Below the pieces are notes generated by a model, which searched no databases, was not told the DNA's origin, and saw nothing but the letters and a program-made list of their open reading frames with translations. 64,000 nucleotides of DNA from assembly GCA_024638655.1 (NCBI GenBank), contig JAHEJW010000008.1:19054-83053 (forward strand). The letters run 5' to 3'. Numbering within the stretch: position 1 is the first letter of the stretch; the number at the start of each line of letters is the position of its first letter. Of the stretch, positions 1 to 9,382 are shown in pieces. Source of the stretch: a bacterium. Lineage in GTDB: Bacteria; Actinomycetota; Acidimicrobiia; Spongiisociales; ZC4RG35. Position numbers and translations under genes: made by a program.

Positions 1-771
1 GAGGCACCTCCGGAGTATGCCGGACCAGTGGTCAGTGAAGGCCCGCTCAGATTCGGGCTTGGTCCGCTGCCCGAGGTAGCAGCCAGCACCAAGACCTGGG
101 AGGAGATGGAGCCACACATGGACTCTGGGCCGGAGAAGACCACGTTCGCAGCGGAAAGGGTGCTCCGTGGCGAGACCGGCGTCGATGAGATCCCCGATTT
201 GCCCAACGTCCTGATGCCCTGGGAGAAGAGCTACCCACTGGCCACCTACAAACCGGACAAAGTGGAAGCCCCTTCACCCGGTCTCCCCGATGTCGATCCC
301 GTGTCACTTCCCCGCGAGGCCGGAAGGATCTCCGACCCGGTCTCCGAGGGCGCGATGGGCGATATGGTCGCGCCCTGGCTCGAGGAGTCCAACGGCCACT
401 ACGAGACGGCCGCGGTCGAGGGGGACGCAGCGTCTGCGGTCAGGGCGCTCGGCCTGACTCGGGCGCGAATGTCACAGATCGAGGCAGAGACAGCCTTCAA
501 TTGGATGGCCTGGGCCGGCGCCTCCGGCGGCGCGCACGGTCAGCGCCGGGGTGCAGCAGCAGGGAGATTCGGGGCCTGGTGGCTCGTGGCGATGCTCTGC
601 GATCTCGATTGGCCATCAGATGCCTCGACCATGGCGGCGGCAGTCAATCGTCTTCGCTGGCACTGGTTCGACGACGGCTCTCCGGGCACCGGCTGGCAGC
701 TTCGAATGGCGATCGAAGACCCCCGGTCCGGTCTGTCGTGGGCCGTCAGCGCCATCGACCAAGCCGACTGA
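1..771 (+). CDS. hypothetical protein, 5'-partial (the reading frame is open to the window start)
   Basis: Long ORF in frame with position 1 and no upstream stop. I recognised no motifs. Only the coding potential in a high-GC genome supports it. Confidence 0.3.
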   Translation, partial: EAPPEYAGPVVSEGPLRFGLGPLPEVAASTKTWEEMEPHMDSGPEKTTFAAERVLRGETGVDEIPDLPNVLMPWEKSYPLATYKPDKVEAPSPGLPDVDPVSLPREAGRISDPVSEGAMGDMVAPWLEESNGHYETAAVEGDAASAVRALGLTRARMSQIEAETAFNWMAWAGASGGAHGQRRGAAAGRFGAWWLVAMLCDLDWPSDASTMAAAVNRLRWHWFDDGSPGTGWQLRMAIEDPRSGLSWAVSAIDQAD

Positions 772-810
772 TCGTCGAATCTCGCTCCACAAACGGGAGG
801 TGTTGGCGTC

Positions 811-2394
811 TCAGACGTCAGCGGTGACGAAAACGGGAAGGGAGTGCCAGCCGGTTGCGCCGTCGGGGGCAGGAGGCCTGGGGGTTTCGTCCTGAAGATC
901 GCCATTGCCATCCGTGGCGCGAACGGTGATGACGTGACGCCCTTCTTCTGCGATCCAGGGCGCCTTCCACTGCACCCAGCTGTTGACCGACAGCGGCGTG
1001 GACAACTCGGCCTCGACCCATGGGGCACCCTCACCCATTTGGACTTCGACCTTGGAGATGCCACGTGTCGGTGCCCAGGCGACCCCTGCGACCACCAGCT
1101 CACCCGGTGGCACCTGGTCGGCCTGGACCGGCGTGTCTATCCGGCTCTGGGTCTTGATCGGCGCCTCCTTGGCCCAGCCGCGCGGAACCCAATAGGCGTC
1201 GAAATCGTCCCATCCGGTCAGTTCGATCTCACTGAGCCACTTGGTCGCGGACACGTATCCGTAGAGACCGGCGACGACCAGACGGGCCGGAAAGCCGTGC
1301 TCGAACGGGAGAGGCTCGCCATTCATCCCGACCGCAACCATTGCCTCCCGACCGTCGTAGACGGCGTCGACGGGGAAGCCGACGGTGAAGTTGTCCACAG
1401 ATCGGCCGACGACCTGCTCGGCGTCATCGGCGGGACCGGCCCGGTCGAGAATCTCTGTCAAGGGAACGCCGAGCCATCGAGCGTTGCCCACCAATCCGCC
1501 CCCTACACGGTTGGAGACACACGAGAGGGTGATGTCCCGTTCCACCATCCGCATGTCGAGCAGTTGTGCGAAGTCGATCGTGTACTCCCGGTTGACCCGG
1601 CCGCGGACGGTGAGTCTCCACTCCTGCAGGTCGACGCGGGGAACGCTCAGCGCAGTGTCGATTCGATAGAAGTCCTCGTTGGGCACGAGGATCTCGGCGA
1701 GACCGTCGACGTCGAAGCTCGCACTCTCACCTACCGCTGGGAGCGGCTGGACTGCGGTGGGGAGGACTACCTCTTCACGGCCGGCGACAGCTCTCTTGGC
1801 TCTCTCCAGCAACAGCCTCCCGAACCCGGCCGACAGGGCGGCGACCCCGAGTAGAGCACCAGCCCCCATCAGGAAAGCCCGCCGGGAAGGGCTGGAATCT
1901 TCGGTGGGCACCTTCCCTCGACCCACTCCGTAGAGCCACTGCAGCGCCCCGAGACCGGACAGGGCTGCGGCACCCCCCGGGATGATGGCAATGCCAAGTG
2001 AAACCTGAGGGTCTCTGGCCGCAGCGAGGGAGGCGACCGCTCCGAAGCCGACGAACACGAAGATCGCCAGCCAGAACCGACTTCGGGCGGCGATCCCCAC
2101 TATCGCTCCGACTAGGAGGGTGACGAGAGCGATGGAGATGAGAAGGACGAGTTTGTCGGCCGTGCCAAAGAGCTCGATGGCGAGGTCTTTCACAGGAGGC
2201 GGGACGATGTCGATGACCCAATTGCCCAGAGCCTCGAATAGCGACGGAAATGCGGCAACGAGTCCGGCGAGCAGCTCGGAAACCCCAAGGCCAAGACCTG
2301 CGGCGAGGGCTCCGGCAGTTGCGTCCCATGATCGCTTCTCTTCCACGATGGTCCACGTTATTTGATGCAGTGCTAACCCCAGGTAAAGCCCCAT
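811..2394 (-). CDS. molybdopterin-dependent oxidoreductase (sulfite-oxidase-fold catalytic domain) with an N-terminal polytopic membrane domain
   Basis: N-terminal hydrophobic helices. The C-terminal half contains YRIDTALSVP...LTVRGRVNREYTIDFAQLL...ITLSCVSNRVGGGLVGNARWLGVPL, typical of the SO/YedY Moco-binding fold. Confidence 0.6.
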   Translation of the reverse strand: MGLYLGLALHQITWTIVEEKRSWDATAGALAAGLGLGVSELLAGLVAAFPSLFEALGNWVIDIVPPPVKDLAIELFGTADKLVLLISIALVTLLVGAIVGIAARSRFWLAIFVFVGFGAVASLAAARDPQVSLGIAIIPGGAAALSGLGALQWLYGVGRGKVPTEDSSPSRRAFLMGAGALLGVAALSAGFGRLLLERAKRAVAGREEVVLPTAVQPLPAVGESASFDVDGLAEILVPNEDFYRIDTALSVPRVDLQEWRLTVRGRVNREYTIDFAQLLDMRMVERDITLSCVSNRVGGGLVGNARWLGVPLTEILDRAGPADDAEQVVGRSVDNFTVGFPVDAVYDGREAMVAVGMNGEPLPFEHGFPARLVVAGLYGYVSATKWLSEIELTGWDDFDAYWVPRGWAKEAPIKTQSRIDTPVQADQVPPGELVVAGVAWAPTRGISKVEVQMGEGAPWVEAELSTPLSVNSWVQWKAPWIAEEGRHVITVRATDGNGDLQDETPRPPAPDGATGWHSLPVFVTADV

Positions 2395-2537
2395 TAGCGC
2401 AGTGTTCTGAGTGCTCCCAAGGACTAGTCACTTCGCGTCATTACCGGATAGTCCATAAAGAACTTATGAGATTTGGCCGATTCCCAATGAAAAGCGGCTC
2501 TTTCTTTGAAGGCCCAGGCCCACCGAGAGGATTGGCA

Positions 2538-3164
2538 ATGACCGCAAACCACACACCAGCCGAGTCGAGGACCAGAGGAAACCTGGTTCGAGTCACCGCC
2601 ATAGTCGCGTCGATGGCTGTCGTCGGCCTCATGGTCGTTACAGCGTCAAGCGCTGCGTTCACCGCATCGACCGAGAATCCAGACAACGCATTCGATGCGG
2701 CGACGATCGCCCTCACCGACGATGACGGTGGCACTGCGATGTTCACTGTGACCGACATGGTTCCAGGCGATGTCGCAACTGGCTGCATCACCGTGACTTA
2801 CACAGGAACAGCAGACCCGCTCGAGGTCAAGTTGTACCAGAATGCGTATTCCGAGACCGACGGGGCCGCGGACGGCGCCACTCTGGACGCTGCTCTCACC
2901 TTCGACATCGATCAAGTCAACGACTGCACCCTGCAGACCAAACTCGCAGATCTGGACGTTGGTACGCTGTTGGCGAACGCCGCCCATGCGGACTATGCGA
3001 GTGGTGTGGCTACCGGATGGGATCCGGCATCAGGAACCTCGAACGAGAGCTTCCTCTTCACGGCGACCTTCACACCATCGGGAAGCAGCGCCACGGACAA
3101 CACACGAATTGGCGACACGGTCTCCAACCTGATCTTCACGTGGGAGACGCAGGCGGGGTCCTAA
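2538..3164 (+). CDS. SipW-cognate (TasA/camelysin-like) secreted protein
   Basis: Long signal peptide with a basic N-terminus and a hydrophobic core ending in AAFTASTENPDNAFDAATIAL, which resembles the TasA-family AF-N...F-AGTL-L junction. GAGAGG RBS precedes the ATG at 2538. An alternative ATG at 2466 is in frame. The gene sits immediately upstream of a SipW-type signal peptidase. Confidence 0.55.
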   Translation: MTANHTPAESRTRGNLVRVTAIVASMAVVGLMVVTASSAAFTASTENPDNAFDAATIALTDDDGGTAMFTVTDMVPGDVATGCITVTYTGTADPLEVKLYQNAYSETDGAADGATLDAALTFDIDQVNDCTLQTKLADLDVGTLLANAAHADYASGVATGWDPASGTSNESFLFTATFTPSGSSATDNTRIGDTVSNLIFTWETQAGS

Positions 3165-3180
3165 CACTTGGACATCGTCT

Positions 3181-4857
3181 TTGACTCTCGCCCCTAGACA
3201 CCCGCTCGACCTGGATGCCACCACAACGGCATCCGGGTCGATGCGCGTCTGGGTTAGATTCTGGGTAGGCCTTACATCGGTTTTTGCTGTCTCGGTGGTC
3301 TGCACCCTGGCCCTCTGGGCCACGCTGGTTCCTACGGTCATCGGTTGGAAGCCGGTTTCAATCGTTTCGGGCTCGATGGAGCCGCTGATCGGGATGGGCG
3401 ACGTGGTTCTCGCCGAACCTTACGAGGACCAGGAGCTCGAGCCGGGAACGGTGATCGTGTTCGAGGATCAAGTGTGGGACGGGCTCATGACCCATCGCAT
3501 CCACTCGATCGACCAGCAAGGAAGCTTCATAACCAAAGGGGACGCCAACGTGCGCCCCGATTCCACACCGGTTGACCGAGATGCCGTCGTGGGAGTTGGG
3601 CGAGTCCTCGTCCCAGAGATCGGCTGGCCCGCCGCTTGGGCGGCGAAGGGTGACAAGCAGTCCCTGGTCGTTCTGGGAGCGGCATGGTTGCTGACTCTTT
3701 ATGCGGCCAGGTGGGGTGCGCTCGAGCGCTACGACCCTTGGGCCCGCCAGATGGCACGCGGCCCGGTGAAGAGTGCCTTTGGCAGGGGAAGGCACTTGAG
3801 AAGGCCGCAAAATGGTCCGCTCAGGTCCATCGTTGGGATGGGCTCTGCTCTTGGCGCGACCGCCGCCGTTCTCACCCTCGGTCTATCTTCAGCGGTGCTC
3901 GCCACCACGACCAGCAACGACTCCAATCAACTGCTCGCCTCCGACTTCCAGCCTCCGAGCAATCTCCAGCTGAATACGAGCTGCTCAGCCGGGGCTGCCA
4001 TCACGTTACGGGGCGCTGCTACCGCAGGCGGTCAAGGAGCCAGCTTTGTCCTGACCAAGCCGGCTGGGACGGTTGTCGGCGACGTGATGCTCACTCAAAT
4101 CGTGCTTCGTGACAACGACCCCATCACCGCCCCTACAGGTTGGTCCCTGGTGCGACGATCCGGGTCGGGCCTGGCCTCAGCCATATACGTCAAAGTTGCA
4201 GGTCCGGCAGAACCAGCCAGCTACTCCTGGGCCCTCCCCAATACTTCCCGCTATGCAGCAGGTGTCGCGAGCTGGGCGAATGTCGACAACGTCACCCCGG
4301 TCAACGCCCATGGTGGCGCGGGCGGATCAGGGTCCTCGATCGTCGCTCCCTCACTCACCACCACCGCAGCCAACACGATGCTCGTCGCCTTCTGGTCGAT
4401 ACGGGACAATGCAGGTGTGACCATTCCGGGGTCGATGACGAAACGTTGGGAATTGAACAGTGCACAAGGCGGGAACCCCAAGCAGCAAGTGCAGTCAACG
4501 GCTGGCACTGAGGCGTTTGCTCCGATCGGAGCCACAGGGGCCCGCACCGCGACTTCTCCGGTTTCGGAAGAGAATCTCGGCCAGATGGTCGCCCTGCGCC
4601 CAGCTTCGAGTGGAACCTCGAGAGTCGATGCCAGCTGGACAGCCACACCCAGCCTGTTTGCCACCGGTCACAAACTGCAGCGCTGGCTGGGAGCCGTGCA
4701 AGAGACCGAGCAGACAATCACACCACGCACGGTCACCACGGCCGCCGACACCTCAGTCGTGGGTGGCTTGACATACGAGTATCGGCTATTCGCCTACTAC
4801 GGCAGCAGTTGGACCTCGTCCGAGGTCAGCAACACCATCACTGTTGCATCTTGTTGA
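3181..4857 (+). CDS. SipW/archaeal-type signal peptidase I (S26) fused to a large C-terminal extracytoplasmic domain with an FN3-like end
   Basis: N-terminal TM helix, then the SGSMEP catalytic-Ser motif and the ...HRIHSI...TKGDAN... region conserved in SipW/S26B. A second TM follows (LVVLGAAWLLTLYAARW), then about 390 aa of Ser/Thr/Gly-rich extracellular sequence ending in a beta-sandwich-like segment (TYEYRLFAYYGSSWTSSE). An alternative start at 3241 (MRVWVRFW) is possible. Confidence 0.6.
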   Translation: MTLAPRHPLDLDATTTASGSMRVWVRFWVGLTSVFAVSVVCTLALWATLVPTVIGWKPVSIVSGSMEPLIGMGDVVLAEPYEDQELEPGTVIVFEDQVWDGLMTHRIHSIDQQGSFITKGDANVRPDSTPVDRDAVVGVGRVLVPEIGWPAAWAAKGDKQSLVVLGAAWLLTLYAARWGALERYDPWARQMARGPVKSAFGRGRHLRRPQNGPLRSIVGMGSALGATAAVLTLGLSSAVLATTTSNDSNQLLASDFQPPSNLQLNTSCSAGAAITLRGAATAGGQGASFVLTKPAGTVVGDVMLTQIVLRDNDPITAPTGWSLVRRSGSGLASAIYVKVAGPAEPASYSWALPNTSRYAAGVASWANVDNVTPVNAHGGAGGSGSSIVAPSLTTTAANTMLVAFWSIRDNAGVTIPGSMTKRWELNSAQGGNPKQQVQSTAGTEAFAPIGATGARTATSPVSEENLGQMVALRPASSGTSRVDASWTATPSLFATGHKLQRWLGAVQETEQTITPRTVTTAADTSVVGGLTYEYRLFAYYGSSWTSSEVSNTITVASC

Positions 4858-4962
4858 GCGGCCCAGCCGGCGGGCAGAGCCGCACGCAAGTGGAGACTTC
4901 TGACTCGCAGATCCTGATCCTGCGCTCCGGCCCTTGACGAGCCAAGAATCTCGAAAGCCCGC

Positions 4963-4990
4963 GTAACCAGCAGACCCCGAATTCCGTCTC
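4963..4990 (+). promoter_or_regulatory. putative ECF-type promoter, GTAACC-N16-CGTCT, upstream of the ECF sigma gene
   Basis: The spacing and motif resemble autoregulated ECF promoters (GGAAC/TGAAAC -35 with CGTnT -10). It lies about 42 nt upstream of the GTG start at 5032. Confidence 0.3.
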
Positions 4991-5031
4991 GTCCGTATAC
5001 AGCAACCAACATTGCGGAGGAACGGAGCCGT

Positions 5032-5505
5032 GTGGAGAACGCACCGACTATCGAAGATCTTTACCGGGAGCATGCCCCGGCCGTGTACGCATATTGCGTA
5101 TCGATGTGCCGGGACCGGGTTTGGGCGGAGGATTTGATGCAGGACACCTTCGCCCGCGCCACCAGGGCTATAGCCGGCTATCGCGGAGGCAGCCCCAGAG
5201 CGTGGATGTTTGCGATCGCCCGAACCACGTTTCTCGACGACCTGAGAAGACGGCGACCCGAGCCATCGGATCAAGTGACGGAGTTACCCGTCGAGGACCC
5301 AGACCTTGCAGAGATCGACGCGATAGAGCGGACTCTCTCGAGATTGCCCGAGCGACAGCGCACCGCGCTTCTACTCAGTGACCGCGGAGGCCTGCCTCCC
5401 TTGGAGGTTGGTGCCGCAATGGGGATAACCCCTGGTGCAGCAAAAGTCCTCGTCCATCGCGGCCGGCTGGCCTTCCGCAAGATCTACCAGGAGAACGAGA
5501 AGTGA
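5032..5505 (+). CDS. ECF-family RNA polymerase sigma-70 factor
   Basis: Region 2 (DLMQDTFARA, AWMFAIARTTFLD) and region 4 (RQRTALLLSDRGGLPPLEVGAAMGITPGAAKVLVHRGR). GTG start with GGAGG RBS. 4-bp GTGA overlap with the downstream anti-sigma gene. Confidence 0.8.
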   Translation: MENAPTIEDLYREHAPAVYAYCVSMCRDRVWAEDLMQDTFARATRAIAGYRGGSPRAWMFAIARTTFLDDLRRRRPEPSDQVTELPVEDPDLAEIDAIERTLSRLPERQRTALLLSDRGGLPPLEVGAAMGITPGAAKVLVHRGRLAFRKIYQENEK

Positions 5506-6635
5506 AACACGAAGAGTTCCAAGACCTGCTCGAGGGGTATGTCGACGAGACACTCGACAGGCCTACGAGAAGAACCGTCGACAGCCACCTCTCCGAGTGC
5601 GATGAGTGCAGGGCCATTCTCGACCACGTCCACCCCGTAGATCTGAGTGAGTACGGGACCTCGACGGTCGACGATCGGGCAATGCGCAGGATCGTACGCA
5701 GATCGATCCTGCGAACGGCAGTGGATGCCGCCCTGGTTCTCGTCGTGGGTGTCCTCGTGCTGGGCCTGTTGTCGGCGCTCATATTCCAGCCGCTCGTGAT
5801 CAATCGAGGAGGTCGAGCCGCCAACGCGGTGCGGGCGAGTGTGGACATGGCCACGATGCTCAACCCGGGTGCAGTTGTCACGGGATTCCAGATGCAGCCG
5901 GGGCTGGTCGACCGGGACATCTCGATCGAGGTACTCCTGCCGGTAGGTAGCGGCACCCATGACCTCGGGCCTCTCGAAGCAAGCCTGGGGGCTCTGAGTC
6001 TTGTGCGATCCGATGGCGGTCCGCCTTGGGGCTTCATCGGACCCGAAGGCTTCGACGGCAGCGCCGTCGAACAGCTATCCAGGCTTGGCGAGGGAACCGT
6101 CGCCACGATCATGGTGTCGTACGATCGCCCGCTGTCGGTCGACGAGGCTCAGCAGATCGCAGACGGCGCTGCTCACGACATCCGGGTGACGTGGGCCGGT
6201 TTCGACGTCTCAGAACCTGCTGATGCCATACCGGCATGGCTCCCGGGCCAAAGCCTGGGTTACGCCACTTGCATAGGAGAGCGGGACATCCCCGACGAGG
6301 TCTTTGAAGCAACCTCGTCCGGCTTCGGTCGAAGCATGAACAGCGATCCTGCCTCGATTCGAACGGCCCTCGAGGCCACCCGGGACGGCCTGGCGAACGT
6401 GCTCGAAAGCCCGGCTCTAACCGAATCGGTAACAGACTCCATCGGGGCCCCCCCGAACGAGCTGATCCGAGTCATGAACCGCCTCAACGCCGACGATCCG
6501 GGTGTCGTCTCCCTCGTGATGACGGGACCATCGGTCGAGCTCCAGGCCTTTCTCATCGACTCGGGAGCGGCGAACACGGCAAGGGTGCTCGCCGTCGATT
6601 TCTACAACTGGTCCACCCCTGTATGCGGGAGATGA
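5502..6635 (+). CDS. anti-sigma factor: zinc-finger N-terminus, single TM, large extracytoplasmic domain
   Basis: H-x3-C-x2-C motif (HLSECDECR) typical of ZAS-like anti-sigma N-domains. TM helix AALVLVVGVLVLGLLSALIF. Translationally coupled to the sigma gene. Confidence 0.65.
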   Translation: MKHEEFQDLLEGYVDETLDRPTRRTVDSHLSECDECRAILDHVHPVDLSEYGTSTVDDRAMRRIVRRSILRTAVDAALVLVVGVLVLGLLSALIFQPLVINRGGRAANAVRASVDMATMLNPGAVVTGFQMQPGLVDRDISIEVLLPVGSGTHDLGPLEASLGALSLVRSDGGPPWGFIGPEGFDGSAVEQLSRLGEGTVATIMVSYDRPLSVDEAQQIADGAAHDIRVTWAGFDVSEPADAIPAWLPGQSLGYATCIGERDIPDEVFEATSSGFGRSMNSDPASIRTALEATRDGLANVLESPALTESVTDSIGAPPNELIRVMNRLNADDPGVVSLVMTGPSVELQAFLIDSGAANTARVLAVDFYNWSTPVCGR

Positions 6636-7339
6636 CGATGAACAACACCACCTACGACCAAATCAAGACCTCCCGGCGCTTAACCGGCATCGGGATCGGA
6701 CTCGGATACGCGATGGCCGTGGCGATCGCGGTCATAAACCTGACAACCAGCGACGGCACGCCCTTCACCGCCCTCGCCTTCCTGGCGACAATGTCGCTCC
6801 CCTCGACAATGGCGCTCGTGTCGCTCGACCGCCGGCCGGCTCTACTCACGGCGGCTTCGATGTCGGCGCTTCTCCTCGGGGTGATCACCCTGACGAGCGG
6901 TGTTGGAGTGATCCTGATCGTCGTGGGGGTGCTTTGGGCTCTCGCCATCCGGAGAAGGCCCAGTGCCACCAGCCCAGATCCCCGTTGGGCCGCCCTTACC
7001 AGACCCGCAATAGCCGCTCTGACCGTGGTGCCCTTGCTGGCGATGGCTTCGCACCTCGACCCGATGTGCACCGTGACGAACTCGGAGGGGACGGTGATCG
7101 AGGTCGAAGCTCAAGCCTCGGCGCGCAGCGGATGGACACTCCCCTTTGGAGGCACGACAAGCGGCTCATCGGTCAGTGAGGAGGGGCAGACCGAGACCTG
7201 CGCAAGCGACACGGTGCGCCCATGGGAAGCCGGGTTGTCCATATTGATCTCGATAGCTCTGGTGGGGATCGCCAGCCGGTGGCCGACGAACGATGAGCTC
7301 CTCGCCGGTGAATCCTTGCCGGCTGAAGCTCAACCTTGA
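6632..7339 (+). CDS. hypothetical integral membrane protein co-transcribed with the sigma/anti-sigma pair
   Basis: Several hydrophobic helices. ATGA overlap with the anti-sigma stop. An in-frame ATG also lies at 6623. Confidence 0.4.
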   Translation: MTMNNTTYDQIKTSRRLTGIGIGLGYAMAVAIAVINLTTSDGTPFTALAFLATMSLPSTMALVSLDRRPALLTAASMSALLLGVITLTSGVGVILIVVGVLWALAIRRRPSATSPDPRWAALTRPAIAALTVVPLLAMASHLDPMCTVTNSEGTVIEVEAQASARSGWTLPFGGTTSGSSVSEEGQTETCASDTVRPWEAGLSILISIALVGIASRWPTNDELLAGESLPAEAQP

Positions 7340-7371
7340 GGACGCCCCGAGGTCGTCGTTACCCTCGGCAT

Positions 7372-8352
7372 ATGAGATTTGGAGCCTTTGTACCGCAGGG
7401 CTGGCGTCACGACCTCGCCGGCATCGACACATCCGAGCATTGGGAGACCATGCGTGGCATCGCCGGCGACATCGAACGACTCGGCTACGAGTCAGCGTGG
7501 GTCTACGACCACTTCCACACGGTCCCGGAGCCGACACAAGAGGTGACCTACGAGGCGTGGACCTTGATGGCAGCGCTGGCCGCCGCCACGGAGACCGTGC
7601 GACTCGGCCAGATGTGCACGTGCAACACCTACCGGCCTCCTGCCTACCTGGCCAAGGTGGCCGCCTCGATAGACGTCATCTCGAACGGTCGGCTCGAAAT
7701 GGGCATCGGGGCCGGCTGGTACGAGCACGAGCACGACGGCTACGGGTACGAGTTTCTCTCACCGGGGGGTCGACTCGGGATGCTTCGTGAAGGTGTCGAA
7801 ATCATGAGAGGCATGTGGACCGAGGAGGTCTTCGACTACGAGGGCAAGTACTACACCCTCAAGGGTGCGATCTGCCAGCCCAAACCGGTCCAGGACCCCC
7901 ACATACCGATATGGGTGGCGGGGGGCGGTGAGAAGGTGACATTGCGCATCGCCGCCCAGCATGCCTCGTACACCAACTTCGGCATCACCCTCGACCAGTT
8001 CGAACACAAGTCGACCATGCTCGCGGGCCATTGTCAGGATCTCGGCACCGACTTCGACTCGATCGTCAGGTCTTCGAACTTCAACGTGATTTGCGCCGAG
8101 AGCGAGGCCGAGGTCGAAGAGAAGAAGAGGTGGGTCTACAACCACTTCTCACAATACGTATCCGAAGAGAAGGCACAGAGGACAGCCAAGGAATATGACC
8201 TCATGTCCGGAACACCCGAACAGATAGCCGAGCGGATGAAGGACTGGGAGCGAGCCGGGATGACGTATGCGATCGTCTATTTCCCGGATGCGGCGTACGA
8301 CATTTCCAGCCTGGAGCTGTTCGCCAAAGAGGTGATGCCCGCCCTCCCCTGA
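7372..8352 (+). CDS. LLM-class F420-dependent oxidoreductase (luciferase-like monooxygenase family)
   Basis: MRFGAFVPQGW N-terminus, GIGAGW...E motif, and overall LLM/TIM-barrel pattern. A TTG in-frame start at 7336 is possible. Confidence 0.7.
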   Translation: MRFGAFVPQGWRHDLAGIDTSEHWETMRGIAGDIERLGYESAWVYDHFHTVPEPTQEVTYEAWTLMAALAAATETVRLGQMCTCNTYRPPAYLAKVAASIDVISNGRLEMGIGAGWYEHEHDGYGYEFLSPGGRLGMLREGVEIMRGMWTEEVFDYEGKYYTLKGAICQPKPVQDPHIPIWVAGGGEKVTLRIAAQHASYTNFGITLDQFEHKSTMLAGHCQDLGTDFDSIVRSSNFNVICAESEAEVEEKKRWVYNHFSQYVSEEKAQRTAKEYDLMSGTPEQIAERMKDWERAGMTYAIVYFPDAAYDISSLELFAKEVMPALP

Positions 8353-8389
8353 TCCTGGTTCAGCCGGCGTTCAGAGTCTTCATGCTTTA

Positions 8390-9382
8390 GTGCCGTCCGT
8401 GAGAACCGATTACCCCCAGGATGGGCTGTCAGAGCCGGCAGTCGTATGCGAGGACCTCGAGGTCTCCTATGGCGAGAAGAGGGCAGTGGAAGGTGTGTCC
8501 TTCACGGTGGAGCGCGGGGAAGTGTTCGGTTTGCTGGGCCCAAACGGCGCAGGAAAGACATCAGTTGTCAGGGCCCTCACCACCATCCTCGACCCTTCGG
8601 CAGGAAGCGCCCGCGTCGGCGGGCACTCGCTCACGGACCCGGACGCTGTTCGCTCCGTCATAGGGGTCCTGCCGGAGAGCAACGGATACCCGGGCTCGGT
8701 GACCGCCGTCGACTACCTGATGTACTTCGGGCGCCTCTATGGCCTGACCAAGGAAGCCGCGGGCGAACGAGCGGCGTCGCTCCTGTCGGAGGTAGGGCTT
8801 GCTTCCGTGGGCCGACAGATGATCAAGACGTTCAGCAGAGGGATGCGTCAACGGCTGGGAATCGCCCGCTCCCTCGTCAACCGCCCTCAGGTGCTGTTTC
8901 TCGACGAGCCAACTCTTGGGCTCGATCCCGCCGGACGTGAGGACGTCCTCGCCCAACTCGACACCATCGCCTCGAACGACGGGACGAGCGTCGTCCTCTG
9001 CAGCCACATTCTCGAGGACGTCGAACGCGTCTGTGACCGGATAGCCATCCTCAACAAAGGAAAGATCGTATCGACCGGGACTGTTGCCTCGGTTACCTCG
9101 CAGGTCTCGTCGAACAGCCTCGTGGCGGTCGCCGTCGACCCAAGTGACACCGACCGGGCAATCGCTGCTCTCGCCGAGGCCGACGGCTTCGCCGGGAGGG
9201 TCACCTCGATCCCGGGTGTCATCGAAGTCGTCAACTCGCACCAGAGTGGGGCCATCAACGGCTTGCTGGCCGTGCTCACCCAGGCTGATGTTTCGATCCT
9301 TGCGGTTCAACCTCACAACTCCAGGCTCAGTGATGCGTTCATCTCCTTGACCAGGGAAGAAGGCCCCTCAAATGATGGCTGA
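8390..9382 (+). CDS. ABC transporter ATP-binding protein
   Basis: Walker A GPNGAGKT, signature FSRGMRQRL, Walker B LFLDEPT, and a C-terminal accessory domain. GTG start. Confidence 0.85.
   Translation: MPSVRTDYPQDGLSEPAVVCEDLEVSYGEKRAVEGVSFTVERGEVFGLLGPNGAGKTSVVRALTTILDPSAGSARVGGHSLTDPDAVRSVIGVLPESNGYPGSVTAVDYLMYFGRLYGLTKEAAGERAASLLSEVGLASVGRQMIKTFSRGMRQRLGIARSLVNRPQVLFLDEPTLGLDPAGREDVLAQLDTIASNDGTSVVLCSHILEDVERVCDRIAILNKGKIVSTGTVASVTSQVSSNSLVAVAVDPSDTDRAIAALAEADGFAGRVTSIPGVIEVVNSHQSGAINGLLAVLTQADVSILAVQPHNSRLSDAFISLTREEGPSNDG

Noticed and set aside
844-1854. 336-aa plus-strand ORF antisense to the molybdopterin oxidoreductase gene
   Set aside because: Arg/Gly/Pro-rich with no motifs, typical of spurious antisense ORFs in high-GC DNA. 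The minus-strand gene has a clear Moco-domain signature.
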